A DNA stretch of 64,000 nt from NCBI GenBank assembly GCA_965649225.1, contig CBFGJX010000001.1:1-64000 (forward strand). The letters are read 5' to 3'. The position numbers and the translations under genes are program-made. The first letter of the stretch is position 1. The number at the start of each line of letters is the position of its first letter. The DNA is from a candidate division WOR-3 bacterium (lineage in GTDB: Bacteria; Hydrothermota; Tepidihabitantia; Tepidihabitantales; Tepidihabitantaceae). The notes below the pieces were generated by a model. It had not been told where the DNA came from, did no database searches, and saw only the letters and a list, made by a program, of their open reading frames with translations. Positions 1 through 9,956 of this stretch are shown here, piece by piece.

Positions 1-1991
1 CCGCGTCCGGTCGCCACCTTTTCAACGAAACGGTCGTAGAAACCGTCGACATGCTTCTGAATCAGTGAATCCTCGGCCGGTGTATACTGCCGGACACCCA
101 GTCGAGCGTCAGCCCGACTGCCGCGCTTCACCACCTCGCGGCGGACCCCGAAACGATTCAGCAGGCCTTCGGTCACGAAGCCGTAGTCAAAAACGCCGAT
201 TGAACCTGTCAGCGTCGTCCGGGAACACCAGATCCGGTTGGCATTGCAGGCAATATAGTAGCCACCCGACGCCGCGGTGCCGGCCATCGACACTACCACC
301 GGCTTCTTCTTGCGGAGAAGTTCAATCTCCCGCCAGATAATCTCCGACGCAAGACCATCGCCCCCCGGCGAATCAATCCGGAGCACAACCGCCTTGACCC
401 GACGATCCCGGCGGATTGCCCGCAACACTTTGGAAATCGTCTGTGCTCCCAGTCGCCGGCTGCCGGTCAAAATATCGGTGCCGGACCGGCCGGCAACAAT
501 TGTCCCAACTGCCGGCACAACCGCAACGACCGGCAGCGCCCCCCACCGGTCATCAACCAACCGCTCACCGGACCAGGCCGACTCTGTCACCCGACGGCCA
601 CGGCCAAACAAGCGCCGTGCTCCGGACTCGACCTCATCATGGTACATGAGCGTATCAATCAGGCCTGCCGTCATTGCTGACCGGGCATCAAACCAGGCGA
701 TTTCCACCAGTGAGTCCACCTGCTGCTTCGACAGGCCACGCCCGGCCGCCAAGTCATCACGGAAAGCACCATAGACCGCGTCCAGGTACTGGCTAAGCTG
801 CTCCCGGTTCGCCGGCGAAATCGAATCTTCGGTGAACATTTCAATTGCCGACTTGTACCGGCCGTGCCGGTGACTCTGAAAAACCAGGTCCAGCTTGTCA
901 ATTGCGCCCTTCACCAGCAAGGTCTGAGCCGCAAAACCCTCAATAGCAACACCGCCGGCGGGATGACAGACAACAAGATCCGCCGCACTCGCCAGCCAGT
1001 AGCTGCCAGTACTGAACTCAGTGGCATACACCATCACTTTTCTGCCCGACTGCCGAAGACGCAGCAGTGCGGCACGCAACTCTTCAATCTGTGCCGCCGT
1101 CAGTCGTGGCTGGTTCAACCGCAGCAGCACGCCGGCAACGCTTCTGTCCTGCGCGGCCCGTTCCAGCCAGTCGGTCAACTGCCACATCGAACGTCGACTG
1201 CGCTCAAGCAGAATGAAGCCCGACTGCGTTTCGGCAACAGTTCCAGCCAGCTCAATTTCAAGGTAGCGTCGTCCGAAAGCAAAGACGGTTGGTCGGCGCT
1301 CGACCGAAGCTCGAACGGTCAGCACCGACGCCGCCGGCCAGCCGCCGCCAGTCGCCGCGGCGCCAACCGCACCGAAGCCGACGTGACTGCCGTCAAACCG
1401 CAGCCCGGCCGACAGATTCACTTCGCCGGTCGTCGCCGGTCTCAGTGCCGCAGCAACCGCCAGGCCGTTTACCGGCCTCAGTTCAGCTCCGAAACTGCCA
1501 GACAGCGTCCCCGAACGAAAAACCGCGACATCGGCCCAAAGAGTCAGCCGCTCGCGCAACGGTCTGAAGGCAAGCCCGGCCTCAACTGCCGGCCGGCTCT
1601 GACCGTCGCTGTGCCAGACGGCCCCGACAGCAACCCACCGCGCCGGCCTGACCGCCAGCCCGACATCCATGGCCGAGTAACCTTTCTCCCGCCGATACTG
1701 AATCCCGGCCCCGGCCGCTCTTGACCCAAAACCCGAACCAAGCCGCAAACGCGCGCTCTCCGCTTCCCAGGCGAAGGCAAACGGTCCGGCCGCCAGCGCC
1801 ACAGCCGCATCGGGCCGCGCTCCGGACGCTGTCCAACCGGCCGGTGAATAATAGCCGGCAAAACTGATTCCGCGTCCGACTCCGAGTGTGGCGGGATTGA
1901 CCAGCGGCCCCGGCCGCTCTTCGGCGGCAACCGAACCGGGCCAGTAGCAGCCGCCCGTCAGCACCAGCAGCAGAACGACTGTCATCACCAT
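1..1991 (-). CDS. sppA: Signal peptide peptidase SppA (67K type, tandem S49 domains) with extra N-terminal beta-rich domain; runs off window start
   Basis: Not in the ORF track because it has no stop in the window. Manual translation from ATG 1991 (TGATG overlap with the upstream stop) gives MVMTVVLLLVLTGGC...YWLASAAD...GRYKSAIE...VVLRIDSPGGDGLAS...PVVVSM..AASGGYYIA...TLTGSIGV, which are S49 motifs. Confidence 0.93.
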   Translation of the reverse strand, partial: MVMTVVLLLVLTGGCYWPGSVAAEERPGPLVNPATLGVGRGISFAGYYSPAGWTASGARPDAAVALAAGPFAFAWEAESARLRLGSGFGSRAAGAGIQYRREKGYSAMDVGLAVRPARWVAVGAVWHSDGQSRPAVEAGLAFRPLRERLTLWADVAVFRSGTLSGSFGAELRPVNGLAVAAALRPATTGEVNLSAGLRFDGSHVGFGAVGAAATGGGWPAASVLTVRASVERRPTVFAFGRRYLEIELAGTVAETQSGFILLERSRRSMWQLTDWLERAAQDRSVAGVLLRLNQPRLTAAQIEELRAALLRLRQSGRKVMVYATEFSTGSYWLASAADLVVCHPAGGVAIEGFAAQTLLVKGAIDKLDLVFQSHRHGRYKSAIEMFTEDSISPANREQLSQYLDAVYGAFRDDLAAGRGLSKQQVDSLVEIAWFDARSAMTAGLIDTLMYHDEVESGARRLFGRGRRVTESAWSGERLVDDRWGALPVVAVVPAVGTIVAGRSGTDILTGSRRLGAQTISKVLRAIRRDRRVKAVVLRIDSPGGDGLASEIIWREIELLRKKKPVVVSMAGTAASGGYYIACNANRIWCSRTTLTGSIGVFDYGFVTEGLLNRFGVRREVVKRGSRADARLGVRQYTPAEDSLIQKHVDGFYDRFVEKVATGR

Positions 1992-2494
1992 CAGCCGATG
2001 CGGATGCCCCGCACCGATGCCCATAGCCGTTTGGGCACCTTCACTGTCACCAAGGCACAGCGGTCCTGATGTTTGCCCTCCAGAACCCGCAGCACCTCAC
2101 CGCTCCCCACACGCTTGCCACTGCGGTCAACGAGCCCGACCCGCATGCCAACCGCCGGCCGCGGCAGCAGCTCAAAAGGCAGAGTGACCGCAGCATGCTT
2201 CGCCGACCAGTCACGGTGAACAACAAAAATCGCCAACCCGGGGCAACGGGCAACACAGGCCAGACAGCCGTTGCACTTGTCGAAATCCACCCGGGGAACA
2301 TTGGTCAGATTGCCCTCAATCGTTATCGCCTTGCGCGGACAGGCAAAAGCACACGGGTTGCAGGGAATGTTCTCAACACATTCAACCACGACGACCGGCC
2401 CCCGCCGCAACCGCTCTGGCGGCGGCAGCACCCCGCGCAGGTCCCGTTCGGAAAGGACTCCGGTACGCTGGAAACCACTCGGCTGTTTTGCCAT
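1991..2494 (-). CDS. 4Fe-4S dicluster ferredoxin-like protein
   Basis: ECVENIPCNPCAFACP and CNGCLACVARCPG motifs; C-terminal LPFELLPRP domain. Confidence 0.85.
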   Translation of the reverse strand: MAKQPSGFQRTGVLSERDLRGVLPPPERLRRGPVVVVECVENIPCNPCAFACPRKAITIEGNLTNVPRVDFDKCNGCLACVARCPGLAIFVVHRDWSAKHAAVTLPFELLPRPAVGMRVGLVDRSGKRVGSGEVLRVLEGKHQDRCALVTVKVPKRLWASVRGIRIG

Positions 2495-4026
2495 CAGAAA
2501 CCCTCCAGACGGAAACGACTGACAAAATGACGCAGTGGCAGATCGGCACCGTACTCAACCCGGACCGGTGGAATCCGTTCCCGGAGTTGAAACAATACTC
2601 CGATTACCTCCGCCAGGGCCAGCAGGTCAACATCCTCATAGCACAACCGCGGCACGGCAGCGCGGACATTATTCACCCGTGGGTCCGGCTTCACTTCACG
2701 ACCGTTCACCCGCCGGCCAAAAGCATAAAGTCCCAGCTCACACAGTCGGTGACCAGCCACCAGCAACAAGCCGGTCAGGGCGATACCCGGGAAATCGTCA
2801 TCACCGAGTCGTGTGCCGGCAAAAAAGCGGTCAAGGTCGATATAGACGGCATGGCCGCCGTACGGTTTGACGGTTACCTCAGCACCACAGGCCCGCTCGA
2901 CTGCCGCACCAAAACGGGCAACCTGACCGATCCGCCAGTTCAGGTAGTCATCACGCACAACCGTTTTCAACCCCTCGACCAGTGCCTTTAAATCCCGTCC
3001 CGCCAGGCCGCCATAGGTCGGATGCCCCTCAACGAGAATCTGATGGGCGGTCAGCATCGCGGTCAGTTCCGGCCAGTTTCGCAGCATTGCGCCATCCTCA
3101 CGCAGCACCAGCGCACCACCGATATTGCCCAGCCCGTCCTTTTTCAGACTGATATGAAAACCATCAGCAGCATCAAACATCGCGTGGACGATTTCGGTGA
3201 TTGTCATCGCCCGGCACTCCGGCTCATACTCCCGGATAAACCAGGCATTCTCGGCAAACCGGCACGCATCCAGCATCAACGGAATTCCCCGGGCCCGACA
3301 GACACTGCTGGTCGCACGGATATTGGCCAGTGCCACCGGCTGACCGCCACCGGTGTTGTTCGTCACTGTCAGATAGACCAGTGGCACCCGGCCGGTCATC
3401 GCCGGGTCGTCAAGCAGCGCAGCCAGCGCATCGACATCGATGTTTCCCTTGAAGCGTTCCCGCGGGTCCTTGGCCCGCGCCGCTGCCGAAAAGAGATTGC
3501 ACGGCTCAAAGCTGTTGTCCTCAAGATTGGCTTGGGTGGTATCGAAATGACCGTTGGAAGGGACAACATAAAACGGACGGCCCTGGCCGTCGCGACGGGC
3601 GCGCGCACCGAGAATCCGGCCGAGACAACTGAAAAGACCATGCTCCGCTGCCCGTCCCTGATGGAACAGAAACACGTTCTCGGCTGTCCGCTGGTTCTCA
3701 TAGCCCGGGCCGAACGTCTCGACAATCTGGCGCTTGAACTCAAAATACCCCTCGTTTGAGCCGTAGGACTCGTCTCCCAGCAACAGTTGCGACCACTGAC
3801 GCATCGTCATCGTCGTCGTACCCGAGTCGGTGAGAAGGTCACAGCCGGGAATCATCGCCGCCGGAAAACGAAACACATTCCAGCCCGCCTGCTGAGCAGT
3901 TCGCAGTCGCTGGTCGATGTTACTCGCTGTCGGTTCCCGAAAAGATACCGCCGCGTTGCGATAAGGCCTGGGCTTTGCCGTGACCGCGCTAAGCTCTCTG
4001 ACCCAGTCGGTTGTTCTGGTTGGCAC
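2494..4026 (-). CDS. tnaA: Tryptophanase / tyrosine phenol-lyase family PLP-dependent beta-eliminating lyase
   Basis: DLLTDSGT, GDESYG, HQGRAAE, TVTNNTGGGQPV, DACRFAENA, PLP-Lys motif SLKKDG, PTYGGLAGRD; C-terminal LRHF is TnaA-like (TPL has LRFF). Confidence 0.8.
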   Translation of the reverse strand: MPTRTTDWVRELSAVTAKPRPYRNAAVSFREPTASNIDQRLRTAQQAGWNVFRFPAAMIPGCDLLTDSGTTTMTMRQWSQLLLGDESYGSNEGYFEFKRQIVETFGPGYENQRTAENVFLFHQGRAAEHGLFSCLGRILGARARRDGQGRPFYVVPSNGHFDTTQANLEDNSFEPCNLFSAAARAKDPRERFKGNIDVDALAALLDDPAMTGRVPLVYLTVTNNTGGGQPVALANIRATSSVCRARGIPLMLDACRFAENAWFIREYEPECRAMTITEIVHAMFDAADGFHISLKKDGLGNIGGALVLREDGAMLRNWPELTAMLTAHQILVEGHPTYGGLAGRDLKALVEGLKTVVRDDYLNWRIGQVARFGAAVERACGAEVTVKPYGGHAVYIDLDRFFAGTRLGDDDFPGIALTGLLLVAGHRLCELGLYAFGRRVNGREVKPDPRVNNVRAAVPRLCYEDVDLLALAEVIGVLFQLRERIPPVRVEYGADLPLRHFVSRFRLEGF

Positions 4027-4031
4027 GCGCG

Positions 4032-4059
4032 ATTATAAAATCCGCCCTGCGCCAGTCAA
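4032..4059 (-). promoter_or_regulatory. Sigma70-type promoter TTGACT-N16-TATAAT, 5 nt before the GTG of the tryptophanase-like gene
   Basis: Reverse complement of attata (4032-4037) and agtcaa (4054-4059). Confidence 0.8.
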
Positions 4060-4572
4060 CAATAATACCGGCGAAGACACCACTGCGACTGCCAGCGGCA
4101 GCAGCAATCTCGGCCACTGTCGTCGCCGGATCATCCGACGACTCCAGCCCGACCGGACCGAACCCTGATAACCACAGCCGGGTCTGACTGGACAACAGTT
4201 TCAAAGACCGACACTTGCCAGCCGAGGAGCAGCAACTGCTGCCCCACTGCAATTCCCGACCCTGTTCATTTGAGACAAAACGAGCAGTACCGGCTTCAAT
4301 GCCGCCTGGATTACGGCTCCCGGACGGCCACAAACATCCCCTCTCCCGCGAGACACACTTGGCACATGACTGTAAGTATCCGCGAAAAATCTACTTGCCG
4401 AATCGCTTCCCGCAGCTTGCCCCCCGGGCTGTCTGTCAAATGTCGCCGCCCGAACCGCCTTTCTGAGGCTTGCCATCACCAGAGTCCGTTTTGCCCGAAA
4501 CCGGCCTTCGTGATTTACCAACAAAGGTTATTGCAACCCGCTATCACTAAGCCCCCGGCAGAATACTACCGC

Positions 4573-4617
4573 GACAGCCCGGGCGGCAGTTTGACAATTC
4601 AACTGCCCCGGGCTGTC
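4573..4617. repeat. Bulged inverted repeat immediately upstream of the mreB promoter
   Basis: gacagcccgg-gc-ggcagtt ... aactgcc-ccgggctgtc. Confidence 0.65.
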
Positions 4618-4622
4618 TTGGC

Positions 4623-4650
4623 TTGACACCTGACAGTGTCGGGCTAGCCT
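4623..4650 (+). promoter_or_regulatory. Promoter TTGACA-N16-TAGCCT, 6 nt before the mreB GTG
   Basis: ttgaca 4623-4628, tagcct 4645-4650, GTG 4657. Confidence 0.7.
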
Positions 4651-4656
4651 GTCCGC

Positions 4657-5700
4657 GTGACAGTCAGCGGCTTTTTCCGAAGCATTGGCGAACGCTTTTC
4701 CAACGACATCGCCATCGACCTGGGCACGTCATCAACCCTCATCTACGTCAAAGGCAAGGGAATCGAACTGCGCGAACCATCGATCGTCGCCATCGACGAG
4801 ACCAACCATGAAGTCGTCGCGGTCGGTACCGAAGCCAAGCGGATGCTGGGCCGCACACCGGAAGGCATCCGCGCGATCAGACCGATGAAGGATGGCGTCA
4901 TCGCCGATTTCGGCGTGGTTGAGATGATGCTGAAAGCCTATATCGGCATGGTTCAGCGCAAGAAGCTTTTCGTCCGGCCCAGAGTCATTGTCTGCGTCCC
5001 CTCCGGCATCACCGAAGTTGAAAAGCGGGCGGTGCGCGACTCGGTCGAGGCCTCGGGTGCCCGCGAAATCTATCTGGTATCAGAGCCGATTGCCGCCGCC
5101 ATTGGAGTCGGACTACCGGTCGAAGCACCAACCGGCAACATGATTATCGACATCGGCGGCGGCACAACCGAGATTGCCGTCGTCGCGCTGTCCGGGGTTG
5201 TCAACGCTTCATCAATCCGGGTCGCCGGCGACGAGATGGACGATGCCATCGTCAACTACATCAAGAAGAATTACAACCTGATCATCGGCGAACAGACCGC
5301 CGAGAACATCAAGATGACGATTGGCTCGGCCTACGCAACCGGCAAGGAAGAAACGATGGAAGTCAAAGGCCGGGACCTTGTCTCCGGCATCCCGAAAACC
5401 ATCCGCATCTCCAATACCAAGGTACGCGAGTCACTTGAAGAACCGGTATCGCTGATCGTTGACGCCGTCCGCCTCGCCCTTGAAAAGACCCCACCCGAGC
5501 TCGCTGCCGACATCGTCGACCGCGGCATCTACATGGCTGGCGGCGGCGCGCTGCTGCGCGGCCTCGACCTGTTGCTCAAAGAGGAAACAAGCCTGCCGGT
5601 CTATGTCGCCGAAAACCCGCTGGAGAGCGTCGTGCGCGGCGCCGGCCGCATCCTGGAGAACATCAGCGTCAACGAAAAGCTCGTCATCCGTGCCAAGTAG
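4657..5700 (+). CDS. mreB: Rod shape-determining protein MreB
   Basis: IAIDLGT, RPMKDGVIADF, VPSGITEVEKRAV, DIGGGTTE, GGGALLRGLD. Confidence 0.98.
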   Translation: MTVSGFFRSIGERFSNDIAIDLGTSSTLIYVKGKGIELREPSIVAIDETNHEVVAVGTEAKRMLGRTPEGIRAIRPMKDGVIADFGVVEMMLKAYIGMVQRKKLFVRPRVIVCVPSGITEVEKRAVRDSVEASGAREIYLVSEPIAAAIGVGLPVEAPTGNMIIDIGGGTTEIAVVALSGVVNASSIRVAGDEMDDAIVNYIKKNYNLIIGEQTAENIKMTIGSAYATGKEETMEVKGRDLVSGIPKTIRISNTKVRESLEEPVSLIVDAVRLALEKTPPELAADIVDRGIYMAGGGALLRGLDLLLKEETSLPVYVAENPLESVVRGAGRILENISVNEKLVIRAK

Positions 5701-5727
5701 CCTCGGACTGCCGGCAACGGCTCTGAA

Positions 5728-6561
5728 ATGAACCTGCGACTGACAAGTCCGGCCTCCACCCGCGCCGCCGCGTTCTTCTTGCTCTGCGGGCTCGTCATCA
5801 TGCTGCTGCCGACCCGGCTGCGTCGAACCGGTACGGTCATGGCCCAGACCGTTACCCTTGCTCCCTTGCGGGCAGCGACCGCCCTGACCCACCGGCTCAG
5901 CACCAACGCTGCCGAACAACAACGGCTGGCGGCCCTTGCCGCCCGGCTTGCGATCGAAAACGCCCGCCTGCAGACCATCTGTCATACCGTCGAGCCCACC
6001 CTCTCGGCCGACCCCGAGCTGCTGCCGGCGCCGATAATTGCCCGCGACCCGGCAACGTTTGAGCAACTGCTCGTCATCAGCCGTGGTGCTCATGACGGGA
6101 TTCGCATCGGCAGTCCGGTTGTCTGTGCCGACGGCATCGTCGGCAAAATTACCGCCGTCGGCCCGCGCCACGCGGTCGTCCAGACCATTCATGCCAGCGA
6201 TTTTCGCGTCGCAATCCGGTCCCGGCGCTCCAACTGCCCCGGACTGCTCGGGCCCGGCCCTCGCAGTACACTGAATCTACGGCTCGCTTCCGGCGACGCC
6301 GATTTCACGGCCGGCGACACACTGATCACCGCCGGCATGGGCGGCATCTTTCCACCCGGACTTGCGGTTGGCAAGGTCATTTCGGTCGCGACTGAAACCG
6401 ACGCGTTGTTTCCGCTGGTCGTTGTCGAACCATTTGCCCGGGTCTCGCGCCTGCAATCAGTCTTTGTCCTGCTGCTGCCGTCGTCGCCGGCCAGCGACCC
6501 CTGGCTGGAAGGTGTCGGCTGTGCCGACAGTCTACTGCCAAATACCTCGGACACGCGTTGA
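5728..6561 (+). CDS. mreC: Rod shape-determining protein MreC
   Basis: N-terminal TM, short coiled coil (ENARL), GIVGKI, GDTLITAGMGGIFPPGLAVG; follows mreB. Confidence 0.93.
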   Translation: MNLRLTSPASTRAAAFFLLCGLVIMLLPTRLRRTGTVMAQTVTLAPLRAATALTHRLSTNAAEQQRLAALAARLAIENARLQTICHTVEPTLSADPELLPAPIIARDPATFEQLLVISRGAHDGIRIGSPVVCADGIVGKITAVGPRHAVVQTIHASDFRVAIRSRRSNCPGLLGPGPRSTLNLRLASGDADFTAGDTLITAGMGGIFPPGLAVGKVISVATETDALFPLVVVEPFARVSRLQSVFVLLLPSSPASDPWLEGVGCADSLLPNTSDTR

Positions 6562-7004
6562 GAACCGCCATCGTCGCTGCCGCTGTCTACCTGGCCTTTC
6601 TGGCTCAGGCCGGTTTTGGCCCTGCCATGCCTGACCTTGCCTTCATCCTGCTCGCTCTTGCGGCACTGCACGAAAAACCGCTGACTGCCGTCATAATCGC
6701 CGGCATCCTGGGACTGCTGCTGGACAGCCTTGACTTTCGGACTGCCGGCATCAATCTCGCGACAGTCCCGGTCCTGATCTGGGGCATTGTTGCGATACGC
6801 CGCTACATCTACCGCGTCAGCTGGGCCGGACCAGTACTTACCGCTCTGGCACTGTTGCTGCGCTGGGTACTGCGACTGATTGTCGCTCCGCTGCCACCTC
6901 AGCTAATGCCGCTGGTTGCCTCTTTCCTTCTGTCGCTGGCCCTCATTCCGCTTGCCGACTGGCTTTTTTCCCGCCTGCTGTTTGCCGGATGGAACCCCGA
7001 TTAA
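6558..7004 (+). CDS. mreD: MreD-like membrane protein
   Basis: Hydrophobic 148 aa, PDL and GLLLD motifs, between mreC and PBP2. Confidence 0.75.
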   Translation: MRTAIVAAAVYLAFLAQAGFGPAMPDLAFILLALAALHEKPLTAVIIAGILGLLLDSLDFRTAGINLATVPVLIWGIVAIRRYIYRVSWAGPVLTALALLLRWVLRLIVAPLPPQLMPLVASFLLSLALIPLADWLFSRLLFAGWNPD

Positions 7005-8791
7005 GACCGGTTGCCCGGCTGTTTTCACTCCTGCTCGCCGTTCTGGTAATCAGGTTGGCAATTCTCCAGATTGCTCTCGGCGCCCGTTATGCCCGGCTCA
7101 GCGACCGTAATCGTATCCGTCAGGTCGTACGTCCGGCCCCGCGGGGACGCATTTTCGATCGCAAAGGCCGCATCGTTGCCGATTCCCGCCCTTCATTCAC
7201 CGCTGTCGTAACCCCGACCGAAACCGACTCGGCCACGATAGTGAAACTTGCTGCTGCCCTCTCGCTTCCCGCCGACTGGCTGCTCAACCGGCTCAAGCCG
7301 GTCGCTGCCTGGTCGACACCGGTTCCAGTCAAACGCAACCTCTCGTTCGAAGAAGTGGCGTTGCTGTTGGAAAACAGCTTCCGGCTGGCGGGCGTTTCCG
7401 TACGAACCGAACCGCTGCGCTGCTACCCACTCGGACCGGCCGGAGCCCATCTGATTGGTTATGTCGCCGAACCAACAGCCGAAGAACTCCGCCAGGACAC
7501 CTCGGTGAAGAACATCGGCCATATCGGCCGCACCGGCATCGAGGCCCAGTACGAAAAAATCCTGCGCGGCCGGTCCGGAATCGAATTCATTGAGGTCGAT
7601 GCGCGCGGCCGCGAAATCGGCCCCCTCAAGGAAAAGCGTCCAGAACCGGCAATTCCCGGCCAGGACCTTTACCTGACAATCGACAGTGAACTGCAGCAGC
7701 TTGCCTGGCAGCTGACTGAGGGCTACGACCGCGCCGCCGTTGTCATGCTTGAAGTCAAAACCGGCGCCGTACTGTGTCTTGTCTCCCGACCGGCCTTTGA
7801 CCCCGCGATGTTTCTAGGACGGATATCCACCGCCGACTGGCAGAAGCTGTCCGACAACCCATCGAGACCGTTTCTCAACCGCACTGTTGCCGCCGGCTAT
7901 CCCCCCGGCAGTACGATGAAGCCGATCGTCGCACTTGCCGGCCTCACCCGGCGAGTCATCGACCGTAACACCCGGTTCCAGCCCTGCGCTGGCTCGCTGC
8001 GCTACGGCAACCGGACCTTCCGCTGCTGGGGAGTCCACGGCTCAACCGACCTGGTCGAGGCTCTTGCCTTTTCCTGCAACGTCTACTTCTACCAGCTTGG
8101 CCAGCGGATCGGTCTTGACAATCTCACCGCTTTCGCCCAGTCGGTTGGAATGGGCAGCCTCACCGGCATTGACATCCCGGGCGAACGCGCCGGCAACATT
8201 CCCACCCGGCGATGGCTGGACAACCGCTACGGCCGCAATCGCTGGGGTGCCGGTTCACTGTTGAATTTCAGTATCGGTCAGGGCGAGGTCCTCGCCACAC
8301 CATTACAAATGGCCTGGCTCTATGCCGCCATTGCCAACAACGGAGTTGCCTGTCGTCCCCGCATAGCTGACCACTCCCAGCAGTCTGGGCAGATCAGCTG
8401 GCAGTCACGACCCGAGACCAACCCGCTGCCGATGTCAGAAAAAAGTCTGGCTGTTGTCCGGCTTGGCCTCGACCGGGTGGTTGAATACGGCACCGGCTCC
8501 GCAGCCCGCAGTGCCGAGCTTTCGCTCTCCGGCAAGACCGGCACTGCCCAGGCGCCACCACTGGCTGACCACGCCTGGTTTGTTGGCTACGCCCCATCAG
8601 ACGACCCCGAAGTTGCCTTTGCTGTACTGGTAGAAAACGCCGGTCACGGTGGTTCGGTCGCCGCACCGATTGCCCGCCAGCTGGTACACCACTGGTTCTT
8701 TGGCAACAGCAGCCCGGTTGAGTCGGACACAAGCTTGTCCCCTGCGGCCCCAGAAACGATTCCAACCCCGCCCGACAATGAAACGCCCTGA
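6989..8791 (+). CDS. mrdA: Penicillin-binding protein 2
   Basis: APRGRIFDR, YPPGSTMK (SxxK), SCN (SxN), GKTGTAQ (KTG). Confidence 0.96.
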   Translation: MEPRLRPVARLFSLLLAVLVIRLAILQIALGARYARLSDRNRIRQVVRPAPRGRIFDRKGRIVADSRPSFTAVVTPTETDSATIVKLAAALSLPADWLLNRLKPVAAWSTPVPVKRNLSFEEVALLLENSFRLAGVSVRTEPLRCYPLGPAGAHLIGYVAEPTAEELRQDTSVKNIGHIGRTGIEAQYEKILRGRSGIEFIEVDARGREIGPLKEKRPEPAIPGQDLYLTIDSELQQLAWQLTEGYDRAAVVMLEVKTGAVLCLVSRPAFDPAMFLGRISTADWQKLSDNPSRPFLNRTVAAGYPPGSTMKPIVALAGLTRRVIDRNTRFQPCAGSLRYGNRTFRCWGVHGSTDLVEALAFSCNVYFYQLGQRIGLDNLTAFAQSVGMGSLTGIDIPGERAGNIPTRRWLDNRYGRNRWGAGSLLNFSIGQGEVLATPLQMAWLYAAIANNGVACRPRIADHSQQSGQISWQSRPETNPLPMSEKSLAVVRLGLDRVVEYGTGSAARSAELSLSGKTGTAQAPPLADHAWFVGYAPSDDPEVAFAVLVENAGHGGSVAAPIARQLVHHWFFGNSSPVESDTSLSPAAPETIPTPPDNETP

Positions 8792-9953
8792 CGCGATTCT
8801 TATCATCACTTCGCTGCTGCTGGCCCTGGTCGGGCTGGCGCTGATCTACTCGGCAAGCGGACCACACTACCTTGTCCGACAATTGCTCTTTCTGCCGGTT
8901 GCACTGATTGCCGGCACCGCCACTGCCCTGATTCCCCGCCGGGTAATCTGGGGTTTGGCCGAACCAGCCTGGCTGCTGACACTGGCCGCACTTGTCGCGG
9001 TTCTCGCAATCGGGACTGGGCCGGGCTCCAGCCGCTGGTTTTCTCTGGGTGGATTCTACATTCAACCATCGGAACTCGCCAAGCTCACCACTGTCGTCCT
9101 CCTCGCCAAGCAACTCGGCTGGCAGCGACCACTCAATCTCAACCCCCGCCGGCTCGCCCTGCCCCTGCTGATTGTCGGACTGCCGGCGGCGGCGATAGCG
9201 TTGCAACCCGACCTGAGCACATCGCTGGTCTTCGGTGCAGTCACCGCGCTGATGTTCTACTGGCAGGGGATGCGTCCCCTTCACATCCTGTTGCTGTTCT
9301 CCCCCCTGCTATCGTTTGCTGCCGGTTTTTCAATCTATGTCTGGGCGCCGTTTTTTATTCTACTCGGAGTTCTGATGCTGCGGCGAACAGATATCGGTCG
9401 CACCGCGCTGGCTCTGACCGTCAACGCTTTCTTTGGCCTGTTGAGCCCGATCGTGATGTCAGCACTGAAAGACTATCAACGTGCCCGAGTCCGTGCTTTC
9501 CTCGCGCCCTGGCTGGACCCGCATGGCATCGGCTGGAACGCAATTCAGTCCCAGATTGCGATCGGCTCCGGCCGCCTCCTCGGCAAAGGATTCCTGCACG
9601 GCACCCAGAAAAAGCTCGGGTTTCTTCCCAACCGCCACACCGACTTCATCTTCTCTTCACTGGCCGAAGAGTTCGGGCTGCTCGGCTGCCTGTTTGTTCT
9701 CGGGTTGTTCGCCTTGCTCATTGCCCGGATACTCGCTGTAGCCGCCGCAACCCGCGACCGTGCCAGCAGTCTGCTCTGTATCGGCCTCGCCGGAGTCCTC
9801 ACCTACGGCATCTTCGTCAACATCGGAATGCTGATGGGGCTGCTGCCGATCACCGGTATTCCCCTGCCATTCCTCAGCTACGGCGGCTCTTCGCTTGTTG
9901 TCTGCTTCACAATTGTCGGTCTGATCACAAATGTCGCTGCCCGCCCTGACTGA
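8778..9953 (+). CDS. rodA: SEDS peptidoglycan glycosyltransferase RodA
   Basis: IQPSELAK, QPDL, LPNRHTDFIFS, GIPLPFLSYGGSS; ATG 8778 overlaps the mrdA end. Confidence 0.95.
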   Translation: MKRPDAILIITSLLLALVGLALIYSASGPHYLVRQLLFLPVALIAGTATALIPRRVIWGLAEPAWLLTLAALVAVLAIGTGPGSSRWFSLGGFYIQPSELAKLTTVVLLAKQLGWQRPLNLNPRRLALPLLIVGLPAAAIALQPDLSTSLVFGAVTALMFYWQGMRPLHILLLFSPLLSFAAGFSIYVWAPFFILLGVLMLRRTDIGRTALALTVNAFFGLLSPIVMSALKDYQRARVRAFLAPWLDPHGIGWNAIQSQIAIGSGRLLGKGFLHGTQKKLGFLPNRHTDFIFSSLAEEFGLLGCLFVLGLFALLIARILAVAAATRDRASSLLCIGLAGVLTYGIFVNIGMLMGLLPITGIPLPFLSYGGSSLVVCFTIVGLITNVAARPD

Positions 9954-9956
9954 CCC

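Noticed and set aside
65..1930. Listed ORFs in 1-1990, such as 864..1724 (+)
   Set aside because: They are antisense or alternative-frame shadows of the minus-strand sppA frame.
3989..4626. ORFs 3989..4333, 4201..4524, 4215..4466 and 4270..4626 as genes
   Set aside because: No recognisable motifs or SD, atypical composition, and some overlap the flanking promoters.
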